Numbered from the stretch's first letter, positions 38,501-50,491 are shown. The stretch is DNA of 64,000 bases from Octopus sinensis (GCF_006345805.1 NC_043016.1:32488001-32552000), one strand, 5' to 3'. The notes: generated by a model not told the origin, from the sequence alone. Program-made: numbers and translations.

Positions 38501-40340
38501 TGGCACGAACCCAAACTGCATATCATCTAAGGTAACTCTCTCTCTAATTAGTTCGGCTACAACCTCTCCGTAACTTCATTACCTGATCCAGCAGCTTGAT
38601 GCCCCTGTAGTTATTTGTCTCTAGGGCGTCGCCTTACCTTTGTAGCAGTTGACTATTATGCTGCTACACCAGTCATTGGTATGACACCCTCGTGTATCAC
38701 CTGGTTAACTACGGGTGACTAAGCTATAGCCGACACCACCAGATATTTTGAGCATCTCTGCAGTAATTCCTGATGGGCCTGGGGCTTTCCTGTTTTCATG
38801 TTCTAATTGCCTTCTTACTAAGGAACTGTTAACTCGGATTGCTTGCGGTCCCTCTGTTGGGTCGACATTCGGCAGACTCTCTTTTCCCATTCATTTTCTT
38901 CATTCAGCAACCTATCATAGTGGCGTCTCCAAGTCTCTCTCTTTGCACCCTCATTAAGTGCAAGTGAACCGTCCTCCTTGCGAAACACATTTCTCTCTAC
39001 CACGTCACGATTCTCTCTCACACACTGTCTTGCAACACGAAATACCTTCAAGTCTTTATCCTCACGACGCAGGAATTGGCAAATTTTTCCTTCTCTGCTT
39101 CCCCTCTGGCTAGATAGACCTGTTCTCTGGCTTCCCTTCTGGCAGACTGATACACTTCTGCTACCACCGTTCTTCCAGGCCTTCCAAGCCTGTTTCTTTT
39201 GTCTAATAGCCCTGTCAACAATATTGTTCACCACCACGTTATTTTGGGTCTTAAGGGGACTTTGCACCAGCACAGATCTGGTCAGCGGCTTTCAGCAGGT
39301 TGTCCCTCAGAAGCGTCCAGTTGTCTTCTACACCATGCGGAGCTATACTCCCCCCCTTACATTCGTCTGAAAAGCTTCAAATAACATATCTCTAAATCTC
39401 TGTCATTCGCAGGGTCTTTAAGCTTCCGACCTTTCTCCATGTTGGTCGTCTTCTAGTCGCCCTCTTAGTCCTGATCCTAAAGTCACTAACTACCATCATG
39501 TTGTGGGGTGTGCATTCTTCACTTGGAAGGTTGGCATTATAAGCAGCCATCTTTCCCTTTTTCTGGCAAGGATGTAGTCGATTTGGCTAGTATGCGGGCC
39601 CGATCGGTAGGTGACCAGGTGGCTGTCGGTTTCCTGAAGTTAGTGTGCAAATCATAAGACTATTCGCATCGCAGAACTCCAGCAGCCTGGTTCCCTCCTC
39701 GTTGCGGGAACCATCACCGTAGCTCCATGCACGCCATGGAAGTCCCAGCAGATCGTCCAACATGCCCATTGAAGTCACCAGCCACAAAGAGAAGGTCCCT
39801 GTCGTTCGTCAATGATGTGGTCTGCAGTAGGGTGTCATAGAAACAGTCTTTCTGTCATCAGGTAGCCCGGCTGAGGGGCATAGCCGATATAATAGTTGCT
39901 AAACTATGGTGGAGCACTAATCTAATCTTAATTATTCTGTCACTACTCTGACTACCTCGATTACCTTATCTTACCCATTTTTCGGCGATAAGCATGCCCA
40001 CACCCCGACTCCGTCAGTATTCCAGCCCAGAAAAATCTTGTACCTCTGTCCTTTGCCGTAGAGGAACTAGCAGAACCTCCTCTCCACCTCACTCTTGAAT
40101 GCAGCATATCAACCCACTCCGTTCAAGCAATTCAAACTATCTCGCCAGATCTGCCTTCAGTGTGCCGACGTTGAGGGTGCCAACCCTGAGGCTGTGGGTG
40201 GGGGGGAAGTGGATGGTCCTAATAGCGTCATGTACCTGAAAAGAAAACTCGCGTTTGGCAGTATTCATAGACAAACAATGGAACTTAAGTTCAAACCTCG
40301 TATACAACACTAAACATATCTTGCAATGACTGAACACTAC
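35538..40340 (-). mobile_element. Long RTE-clade LINE: APE + RT with many frameshifts, about 1.65 kb of repetitive 3' UTR, (TGA)n tail
   Basis: RVGTLNVGTL, KAPGPSGITAEMLK, QGSVLSPLLFII, DDLAL, FRYLG and RGRPRKTW motifs occur in order on the minus strand. The (TCA)n tract at 35538-35561 marks the 3' end. Confidence 0.9.
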
Positions 40341-40466
40341 CTTTTATGGAAGGAGGGTGGGGGGTGGCGTAAGACTTTGAGTGTATAAGGGAGACAAGGG
40401 TGAGAAAAATTAGGACTTCCTGTACCGGTGGTGGGGGTGGGAGGCGGGTGCACCGCGAAACCCGGG

Positions 40467-41421
40467 AGTAGCTATAAAATAAATACCTAAATTTGCCTAA
40501 CCTATGGGAGAAGCGTGGACGATAAGGAGCTATAATTATAAATACATATTCTATATCTACGGGGCGTGAGACTGATCGATAAAATAAAATAAAATTAGGG
40601 GCAAGCTTTAAGATTAAATATATATTTAACACAAGACATGAGACAACGATATATAATTAAGATGAACTATAGAATTAGAATTATATTACATATAAAAAAA
40701 GACACAAGGCGTGAGGCAAATTTCACAAGTCATAACAATAATACTAATAGAGATAAAACAGGGCTAACTAAAAGATCAGATCAGTTGCAGATAGTTAAGT
40801 AGGTACACGGGTTTGAAATTAAATATAGATGCTTAGCTTGGATTATATTTCGTATTTCGTATTTTCGTAGGGAGTCGGATACCAGTCTGAATTCAAGTGA
40901 GGCCGTTGAAATCAGTCGCTGTTTATATGCATATAGGGGGGCGGAAGAAAAGGGGGGGGGGGGGGGCGGGGGCGAATGGCGATCGAAAGAAATATAAGAC
41001 AATTGAAGAGGAACGGGGGGGTCGTGGCCCACCAAGACTCGGCCGGCCAGCCATTTCTTCCTTCCTTGGGAGAGAAATAGTTATTAGTAGCTATAAATAA
41101 ATACCTAATTTTGCCTAACCTATGGGCGAAGCGCGGGGACGATAAGGAGCTATAAATTATAAATACATTTATTCTATATCTACGAGGCGTGAGACTGATC
41201 GATAAAATAAAATAAAATTAGGGCAAGCTTTAGATTAAATATATATTTAACACAAGACATGAGACAACGATATATAATTAAGATGAACTATAGAATTAGA
41301 ATTATATGTACATATAAAAAAGACACAAGGCGTGAGGCTAAATTTCACAAGTCATAACAATAATACTAATAGAGATAAAACGGGCTAACTAAAAGATCAG
41401 ATCGTTGCAGATAGTTAAGTA
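40467..41421. repeat. Direct repeat of about 335 bp (40467-40801 and 41086-41421) around a 284-bp spacer
   Basis: The copies are nearly identical, differing mainly by single-base indels. Confidence 0.9.
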
Positions 41422-41596
41422 TGGTAGTACAAGTAAGATAGGGGTTATGGGTGTAACCCACTATGGGATATCATTTATCCAATATACTGTTGGTAAAGTA
41501 CCCAAATTCTTAATACATAAATGTTTTTAATTGCAATGCATTAATTCATTTATTGTATTAAACGGGTGAAGGTAAAGAAATATTTTACCATAACTT

Positions 41597-41805
41597 TATA
41601 ATACAAATAAGAAAATGGAGAAACAAATTAGTTTGTTCATCAACTTACGGATATTATAATGTGGAGGATTTATTCACTTTACAAATGAGAACATCTATGC
41701 TTTTGATGTTCTCATTTGTAAAATGAATAAATAATCCAGCATTATAATATCCGTAAGTTGATGAACAAACTAAATTTGTTTCTCCGTTTTCTTATTTGTA
41801 TTATA
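41597..41805. repeat. Fold-back inverted repeat with arms of about 100 bp and a 9-nt loop
   Basis: tataatacaaataagaaaat...gagaacatc / gatgttctc...ttcttatttgtattata. Confidence 0.9.
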
Positions 41806-42301
41806 TATATATAATATATATGTGTGTATGTGTGTGTATATGTTTGTGTGTCTGTGTTTGTCCACCCAACATCGCTTGACACCGATGATGATGTGTGTTT
41901 ACATCCCATAACTTAGCGGTTCGGCAAAAGAGACCAATAGAATAAGTACTACGCTTACAAGAATAAGTCCTGGGGTCGATTTGCTCACTAAGGTGGTGCT
42001 CCAGCATTGTACAGTCAAATGACTGAAACAAGTAAAAAAAAAATGGTGATTTTATATATGATTAAATGTTTGCGGGGTGGTGTTGTATATAAAGTCGTTG
42101 ACCCAAATTTAATGTTTGTACTATAACCAATGCTTCTTTATCATCATCTCATTTATATTTGAGCACTTCTTTTGCAGTCCTATTAACCCTTTTGGTTCTG
42201 TAATAAGAGACAAATATTATTTCTTATTGTATATATATACAGCATACATACATACATACATAGATATATATATATATATATGTGTATTATATATATAGAA
42301 G

Positions 42302-42350
42302 AGCTTCTACAGGACTAGAACTGTTCATTCAAGAGAAATCTTCAGGAGCT
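42302..42350 (-). ncRNA. Inverted copy of the 43227 hammerhead with one A missing from GAAA
   Basis: Reverse complement reads AGCTC-CTGAAGA-TTTCTCTTGAAT-GAA-CAGTTCTAGTCCTG-TA-GAAGCT. Confidence 0.65.
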
Positions 42351-43226
42351 AGTTAAAAGAATTGTATTGGCATTATACATTTAGGCAGGTTTAAAGGGGG
42401 TTGGTGGGGGACTTTTGGGGGTAGGCATAGCGCATATTGTGTGTATGTGTATATGTATGTGTATGTTTGTATATATATGTGTATGTATGTGTATGTGTGG
42501 GTGTATATATATGTGTTGTATGTGTATATATGTGTATATAGGGACTAGGTGCTGTGTGTGCATGTGTGTGTATGGATTTGTGTGTGTATGCGGTATGTGA
42601 GTAGTAGATGTGTGTGTATGTGTTAATATATATTTTTCTGTGTTGTATATGTATGTGTGGTCGTGTGTGTATATATACATGTGTGTATACGTGTAGCAAG
42701 TGAGTGTGTGTATGTATACATATATATGTGATGTGTAGATATGTATATGTATGTGTGATTGTATATATATATGTGTGTATGTTGTAGAGTATAAGTGAGA
42801 ATCTCCTTATTTACCTAAAACTCTATTCCCCCCCTTTATACAATATTATTATAGGTATATATATATTATATATATATATATATATATAATATTTTTTTTT
42901 ATTTTTTATTTTTTATTTTTAATTTTATTTTTTTATTTTTTATATATTTTTTTTTTTTTTTATATTTTTTTATTTTCTATTTCTATTTTTATTTTTTATT
43001 TATTTTTTATATTATATTTATTATTTTTTATTTTTATTTTTTATTTTTTATTTTTATTTTTCTTATTATTATTATTTTTTATTTATTATCCTATCTAATT
43101 TAAACTGACTCCTTGACCACTCTCCCCAAGTATGATTTTTTGCGCTATGCCTACCCCAAAAAGTCCCCCACAACACCCCTTTAAACCTGCCTAAATGTAT
43201 AAATGCCAATACAATTCTTGTTAACT

Positions 43227-43276
43227 AGCTCCTGAAGATTTCTCTTGAATGAAACAGTTCTAGTCCTGTAGAAGCT
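43227..43276 (+). ncRNA. Type-I hammerhead ribozyme, intact core
   Basis: AGCTC-CTGAAGA-TTTC-TCTT-GAAT-GAAA-CAG-TTCTAGTC-CTG-T-A-GAAGCT. Helix III is 4 bp, helix I is 5 bp with a bulged A, triplet GUA. AATAAA follows at 43287-43292. Confidence 0.78.
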
Positions 43277-44059
43277 CCTTCTATATAATAAATTAATTTT
43301 ACTCTGCTATGTATTGAGTACCTTATTACTGTGGTTACCCCGAATCAAACCGGGACCTACATATATATATGTGTATATATTATAATATATTATATATATA
43401 TATATATATATATAGATAATATATATATATATATATACTACAAAGTTTCAACCCCTATCTCATTTTAAAATATATATGCAAACAGGCTTCTTTCAGTTTC
43501 TGTCTTCCAAATTCCTCCACAAGGCTTTTGTCAGCCCAATGCTATAGTAAAAGACACTTTACCCAAGGTGCTATGCAGTGGGACTGAACCTGGAACTATG
43601 TGGTTGGGAAGCAAGCTTCTTACCACACAGCCACTCCTGCACTGCATATACAAAATGATAGGCTGAGCCAGGTTCAAACAAGAACAAAACAAGAACAAGA
43701 GAAACAGCTTAGATACTTAGTGTACCTTTTAGATAAGGCATTTGAACTTTTATTTGTAAATATTCTGATCATGACTTTAAGCAGCTTTACTTTCTGCATG
43801 TTAAACAATTCATCACATTTGCATAATCAATAAACTCTGTTGGTTAATATGTCATCACATTCTATAGACTAAAGCTGTATTAATAACTGGACTCTTGCAT
43901 CAACTTCATCTATTTCAAATCTTTCTGTCTTTGATCAGTTGGTACTTCAATGCTCAAGTGTCTTGTTGCCACTTCTAATATTATTAGACTCACAGAAAAT
44001 TCAAAGATATAAAATTTTTGAATAAACACAAATATTGATATGTCCATATCATCATCATC

Positions 44060-45290
44060 ATCATCATCATCATTATAATCATCATTTAATGTATGTTGTC
44101 CATGCTGGCATGGGTTGGATGGTTTGACCAGGGCTGGCAAGCTGGAAGGCTGCACCAGACTCCAGTCTGATTTGGTATGGTTTCTATGGCTAGATGCCCT
44201 TTTTAATGCCAACCACTCCAAGAGTGTAATGGGTGCTTTCATGTGCCACTGGCATGGGTGCCACTGGCATAGGTGCCACTGGCATGGGTGCCACTTGCGT
44301 GATGCCAGTATATGCCACAACTGTGATTTTGCTCAACTTGATGGGTCTTCTTCTCAAGCATGAAACAATGCCAAAGATTTTGGTCATTGCCTCCCTGAGG
44401 CCCAGCACTTGAAAGGAACTCAGCCACTTTGCCTCCGTGAGGCTCAACACTTGAAAGGAACTTGCCTCTATGAGGCCCAGTGTTTGAAAGGAACTCAGAC
44501 ACTTTGCCTCCATGAGGCTCAACGCTCAAAAGGTGCTCTTTATGCACTGCCAACATGGGTGCCAGTTACATGACACCAACATCGGTCACAACTACGATTT
44601 CACTTGGCTTGACAGGTCTTCTTAAGTACAGCATATTGCCAAAGGTCTCGGTCACAAGTCATTGCCTCAGTGAGGCTCAGAGTTCAAAGATCATGCTTCA
44701 CCAACGCTGTCTTCCTGGGTTTACCTCTACCACAGGTTCCCTTCACAGTCAGAGATCAGCACTTCTTTACACAGTTGGCCTCATTCATATGCATTACATA
44801 ACCATAACAGTGCAGTCATCTCTTGCACACCACATCTGTACCTCTTATGCCTGACTTACACTCTGTCGAACATTCGCACTGACATTGCACATCCAGCAAA
44901 GCATACTGGCTTTGTTTCTTTTAAACCTGCACATGTTCTCGGCTGTCACAGTCCATGTTTCACTGCTATGCAACATAGCTGTTCATACACAGGCATCATA
45001 CACTCTGAAAAAGAGGCCCTTTGTTGCCAGCAGAGGTAGGAGCTCTCTGAACTTTGCCCAGCCTAATCTTATTCTCACAGCTACATTCTCAGAGCTATTA
45101 ACTTGGTCACCTAGATAACAGAAGCTATCAACTACCAATAGCTTACCCCGCTGACAGTTGATGAAGTCTATTTTCTGCCCATTTTCAGCATTTTTTGTAC
45201 CTGTGTATCTACCAGACAGAAAAGCTATTTTCCCTGTTAACCTTCCTCTAATATTGCTGCACCTTTTATCTGTCTAAAGCTTACACCAGA
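44060..45290 (-). mobile_element. 5'-truncated, degraded RTE LINE (RT C-terminus plus 3' UTR)
   Basis: Clear similarity to 37200-37900, and the same 3' tail motif ending in (TGA)n. Confidence 0.75.
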
Positions 45291-46082
45291 TTGGCACTCA
45301 TGCTAGTGACACGTAAAAAGTATCATTCAAACGTGGTCGATGCCAGTGCCGCCTGACTGGTCCTGTGCCAGAGGCATTTAAAAAGCACTATTCAAGCATG
45401 ATCGTTGCCAGTGCACCTGACTGGCTCTCATGCTGGTGGCATGTAAAAAGCACCATTCAAGCGTGGATGATGCCAGTACCACCTGACTGGCTCTCGTGCC
45501 AGTGGCACATAAAAGCACTCACTACACTCCTAGAGTGGTTGGCGTTAGGAAGGGTATCCAGCTGTAGAAACTTTGCCAGATCAGACTGGATCCTGGTGCA
45601 GCCTTCTGGCTTGCCAGCTCTCAGTCAAACCGTCCGACTCATGCCAGCATGGAAAGTGGACATTAAACAAAGATGATGACGAAGATGATGATGATGATAT
45701 ATGGATGCGCAAGAAGTGGAGTGGGATCACAGACAAACAAACAGAAAAGTAGACTTTGTATGCAGTAGATGTATAATGACAACAAAACACTAAGACGGCT
45801 CTCTAAAAGTAGTTGATATTTCCATTACCCTGGTGGTCTAATTAGCAGTAGAAATGCATATTCGAATGTATAGATAGAAACCTGTAAACAAAAAAATAAG
45901 CTGAAGAAATTTTAGGAGGCTATTACCTCTGATTGTACAATAGCTTGGTGTTTCTCCCTCAGAGCAACAGGTAGATTGTGTGATGCTTTGTATATGAACT
46001 GTGAATGCTGCATAGAATTAAGATGTGGGCTGAGAACGCTGATGACATGTCAAGACAAGATAGAAATGAAGTGATTATGAGC

Positions 46083-46182
46083 NNNNNNNNNNNNNNNNNN
46101 NNNNNNNNNNNNNNNNNNNNNNNNNNNNNNNNNNNNNNNNNNNNNNNNNNNNNNNNNNNNNNNNNNNNNNNNNNNNNNNNNN
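46083..46182. other. Assembly gap (100 N)
   Basis: Exactly 100 N, a typical placeholder for an unsized gap. Confidence 0.99.
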
Positions 46183-46240
46183 CACACACACACACAAGAA
46201 AGATGACAAAGGAATAAATGATAATCTTATGAAATACAAT

Positions 46241-46315
46241 AGCTTACAGCTGTTTCTACTACAGTGGAAAGATTAGACGAGTGTTTGAATAATGCATCAT
46301 AGCTTCATCAGAGCC
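46241..46315 (-). ncRNA. Minimal type-I hammerhead ribozyme, intact core, Jagged sense strand
   Basis: GGCT-CTGATGA-A-GCTATG...TGTAGT-A-GAAA-CAGCTG-T-A-AGCT. Helix III palindrome ACAGCTGT, triplet GUA, helix I 4 bp, A.A at the base of helix II. Confidence 0.72.
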
Positions 46316-47785
46316 TTGAATATGAAGTACAATATATTTGGGGAAAAAAATGGTTGGCTTTTAAATGGGAAACCATGACCTGAATGGAAGATAATGGCAA
46401 GTAGAAGAAATGGACAAACTTGAAGCTAACCTTCACAAGAACCATTTGGACAAATTTTCTTCTTTTTTTCACAAGTTTTTCCTTCAAAACCAGGCTGACA
46501 ATGGCAGTAGAAATCTCCTCGCATATCATAACATGTAGAACCAGATCTGCAAGGGTTTTGTTGGCACAAATTGATAGCAATCTAGTAATAGAAATAAAGT
46601 AATATTGTATGAATTCATTTTGGTTTTTAAAGAATTTATATTTACAAAGAATAGCATTATTTGGTTTAGAAATAAAAAAAAAAACAGAAGTAAATAATCA
46701 AAGACACTCATTACAACAGAAAAATATCCACAGATTCTAAAATTATATCCTTAATCTTTACCATATTTCAATTGAAATACACTGCTTTTCATTTTAATTG
46801 ATTTTGAAGATAAAGAATTTAATAAAATAACTTTCTTATTATCAAGTTGGAGTTTGGAACATAACATGATATTTTGATAGGTTTTTATCTAGATCACTTT
46901 AAGCCTTTTGTTACCATATTTGTTGAAATATCGTGTTATTATTTCAATTAATTATGAAAATAATGAAGAATTTTATAAATTAACTTTGTCATTATCAAGT
47001 TGGTGTTTGGAACATAAATTAAAGACAAAATTTTGATAGAAGGAACTTTTAACTTAGATGACTTTAAAACAAGGATGTTGTCTCATAGAAACAGAGCTGA
47101 TCTCAAGCAGGTCGATATCAAAAGAGTTAATGATGAAGTGAATTAGACAGATTTCTGTAATAATCTTTTTCAAGCAAATTCTTATCAATCTTCATTAGTT
47201 TAGATCCCTCTAATTTAAGATCCCCACAAGTCTCCAGCTCTCTCTTTCGTATTTTCCATTCTTCCTATTCTTCAATTTCTTCAATAAATCAAGATATGCC
47301 TCTTGTTGTGTCTACGGAGAGACATTATGCAAATATAATTAACACATGCACTGGTCCTGTTCAATAGGTTGCAGGTAGCAATGAAAGATTCTTTCACAAA
47401 CAAAGACAAAACAAATTAAGTAATCAATTAGTTAGTTGGTTATTTAACCAATTGACAAATGAAGGAATGAAACTGAACCAGTGTTTGTGTTAATTATATT
47501 GGCAAAATGGCTCCCCTTAGACACAATAAAATTTGTTTCAATACATGAATTCAAATAACAGATCTTACAAACCAGATACAAAAATCAAGATGCTTTCTTT
47601 TAACAATTCATTGAGATCTTTATTGAACATTTCTGGTGAGGCTTGACACAAACTAAGATGAATGTCCATGAAACAACAACAGCTGCTGCCATGACCACCA
47701 CCATCACTCATGGCTGAGCGCTTGTGTGTATAAAGGTACAAGAAGATTGTTTGTGAGTAGACTAGAGTTAGAAGATGGCACCTAC

Positions 47786-47959
47786 CTGACACTGCAAACC
47801 AACATAGCCTGAGGGACACTCACACCTGAAGCCATCGTTAAGGTCGTGACATACACCTCCATTTAGACAAGGTAGGCTATGGCACCCATTTATCGCTGCA
47901 TCACAGTGCCGCCCTGTAAAGCCTGGTCTGCACTGACAACGGTAATCATTCACAAGGTT
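47786..47959 (-). CDS. JAG1: Serrate/Jagged exon, 174 bp (NLVNDYRCQCRPGFTGRHC...CPSGYVGLQCQ); last Jagged exon detected
   Basis: ttgtttgtag acceptor, CAG|gtaggt donor, phase 0-0. Completes the EGF begun in the 47-bp exon and adds one more. Confidence 0.93.
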
Positions 47960-48857
47960 CTACAAACAACAACAACGTTACACATATAGATACATATATA
48001 CATTTATAAATACATATATACATACATACAGACATACAATTAGTGGCAATTGAATTTTTGCTTTTTGATTTTATATTGCAGATAGCCACCTAGCCACCTT
48101 CATTATCATATATAAATATATAGCTATCTATCTATATCTATCTATATATATATATATATATATATATGTAAATGCAGCTTCAATAATGGACAGAGTCAAC
48201 ATCCATTGACAAGGATGCAAAAGTAATGAAAATTTTGGAAGAAAAAATATAATGAGTGGAAATGGAACCAGTGAGTGTGTTTTAAGCCATTAAGACAATA
48301 TGACTCTCCCCAGATGCAACAAAATTTGTTTCAATGCATGAATTTACATGAAGAATCTTGCAAACCAGATACAAAAACAATATATATATATATATATATA
48401 TAAGCTGTCCTTCTTATCACTTTATGGTCAAACAGGAAATGTGGGACCTGCTTCTATTTATTTACTTTTTTATTTTGTTTAGCCAGGTAAACTGGAACAA
48501 AGAGACTGACACTCATTCATGAAGGGTGCATTAGAAGAGGTTTGAACTCATGCCCATGTGGTCAACAGTCCAGCCCAATAAGCCTCACTGTTATTGATGC
48601 AATGAAGAAGCCACAATGCAGTTGCTTCTTGAACTGCTAGAAACAGCAGCAAAATCTCAACCTACTCTTGGATGCCCCTAGAAAAAAAAAACTCGACAGA
48701 ATAGTCCCAGTTGGAAAGCCTTACATCATGCATGACTGTTTAGGTGACCACCCTGAGTTAAACACCAATGACAGCCACAGTCACTGTGCTGAGCATTAAA
48801 TATGAAACAAAAAATTTTTTAAATTTAAAAAATAAAAATGCCAAGATGTAAACTCAC

Positions 48858-48904
48858 AACGCATGTAGCACCATTGTGACACTGACCAACACAATCAATG
48901 ATGT
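48858..48904 (-). CDS. JAG1: Serrate/Jagged 47-bp micro-exon (NIIDCVGQCHNGATCV)
   Basis: ttctcttgcag acceptor, T|gtgagt donor. The short C-x-G-Q-C EGF start matches JAG1 NINDCLGQCQND, which favours Jagged over Delta. Confidence 0.88.
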
Positions 48905-49563
48905 CTGCAAGAGAAGAAACAGTTGAGAGAATATTAGAAAGCTTATTCCATATGTGGTCATCTGGCCTAAAAGAGCAAGAAATGACAACGGAAGAGAATT
49001 TATCATTATCATCATCATCATCACAAGCAAAAAAAAAGAAAGAAAAAAGAAAAAAGCAAAACGAAAAAAAACAACTTAGATTTATTAGAAATATACTTTA
49101 TAAGGTAACATTGGAAAATAATGGGAACTAATACATTGATTAATTTACCACCAAAAATCTTAATTAGAAATGCAGATTAAATAATTAATTAAGATTCTGT
49201 TTTCACAAACAAGTATTTAAATACTTATGTATGTACAACTCCAGTGCATAAGTACAACTGCTCTTTCTCTCTCTCTTTCATTCTCATAGTCAGCCTCTCT
49301 CCCTCCCTCCCTCTCTCTCTCTCACACTACACACACACATGTATACAAACACTCATGCACACACATACATACAGTCGCACACGCACAAACACACTCGCAT
49401 GCACACATGCTCACACACACAAATAGACACGGACACATAAATATACTCACACACATGTACACACATGCAAGTACCCCCCCATACACACAAGTGTACAAAA
49501 AAAAAAAGGTTATTAGCTTTGGATAATACTCCTAAGATGAAACAGTCCAAGATGTATACTTAC

Positions 49564-49791
49564 TCATATCACAGTTTTTCCCAGTCCAACCTGCCTGGCA
49601 CTGACATTCATAGCTACCTTGAAGATTCCGACAGTAGATTGCATTCACACAGGTGCTGTCTTTGCATTCATCGACATCTAGCTGGCACTGAGCCCCTTGC
49701 CAGCCAGGACGACAATGGCATTTGTATCCATTAACTTGATCTTCACACCAGCCATTATTCATGCATGGGTTTGATGCACACTCGTCAATAT
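49564..49791 (-). CDS. JAG1: Serrate/Jagged exon, 228 bp, two calcium-binding-type EGFs (DIDECASNPC...CQLDVDECKDSTC...NCDM)
   Basis: aattaacag acceptor, A|gtaagt donor, D-I/V-D-E-C motifs, phase 1-1. Confidence 0.93.
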
Positions 49792-50014
49792 CTGTTAATT
49801 TAGATTAATGCAATAAATATATTCATTTCTTTTTAAACTAAACACAAGGCCCACTCTTGGAGAAGAGGGATACAGCATATTACATATACACACACATCAC
49901 ATATATAATATGTATAATATATATATATACCGGAGTAAACACATAAATGTGAAACAAGGTGGAAAAAAGAGTACTCAAATACCAGTGGTAGAGTAATATG
50001 CTTTATTTAAAGCA

Positions 50015-50052
50015 GCGTCCGACAAACGGGAACGTGAAACTCAGAGTAACAG
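50015..50052 (+). ncRNA. Decayed hammerhead relic
   Basis: CCGACAA-ACG-GGAA-CGT-GAAA-CTCAGAG-T-A-ACAG. Helices II and III and the GUA triplet are retained, but the CUGANGA core has two changes. Confidence 0.45.
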
Positions 50053-50377
50053 GTTTTGTTGAATTTTCTGCTGCTTTAAATAATATATATATTATACATA
50101 TTATATATATAATTATTCAAAATTATAATTTAGGGTATCTAAGAGACACCAGCACACTGGAAATAGCAGTCAAAACTTGACTCTAAAACCACATTAAATG
50201 TTCATACATCTTGCTAACTCCCTGTGATTACAGTAAATCCAAGGTCAAAACAAGGTTATTTCCCTTCGAGAATGTAACATGCACTCCATACGTAATAACA
50301 AGCAAAACAACAATAACAATAACAACAAAGCATATTTAGTGATGAGATGAAGTGAGTTCATAATATTATTTACATAC

Positions 50378-50491
50378 CAGTTTCACACAAAGATCCAGTC
50401 CAGCCAGGAGCACAAATACAAGACACTCCATTTGCTGCAATTACACATGTGCCACCATTTTCACATGGATTAGTTTCACAGTCACGATCAA
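50378..50491 (-). CDS. JAG1: Serrate/Jagged exon, 114 bp, one EGF (IDRDCETNPCENGGTCVIAANGVSCICAPGWTGSLCET); absent from the ORF track
   Basis: tttccttgtag acceptor, G|gtatgt donor, six-Cys EGF spacing, phase 1-1 compatible with both neighbours. Confidence 0.9.

Noticed and set aside
40340-40470. HDV-like ribozyme at the RTE 5' end
   Set aside because: A nested double-pseudoknot pairing could not be assembled by eye; a descriptor search would be needed.
46035-46075. CTGATGA...GAAA next to the gap
   Set aside because: Coding text of a degraded RTE fragment (ADDMSRQDRNE); no helix I or III.
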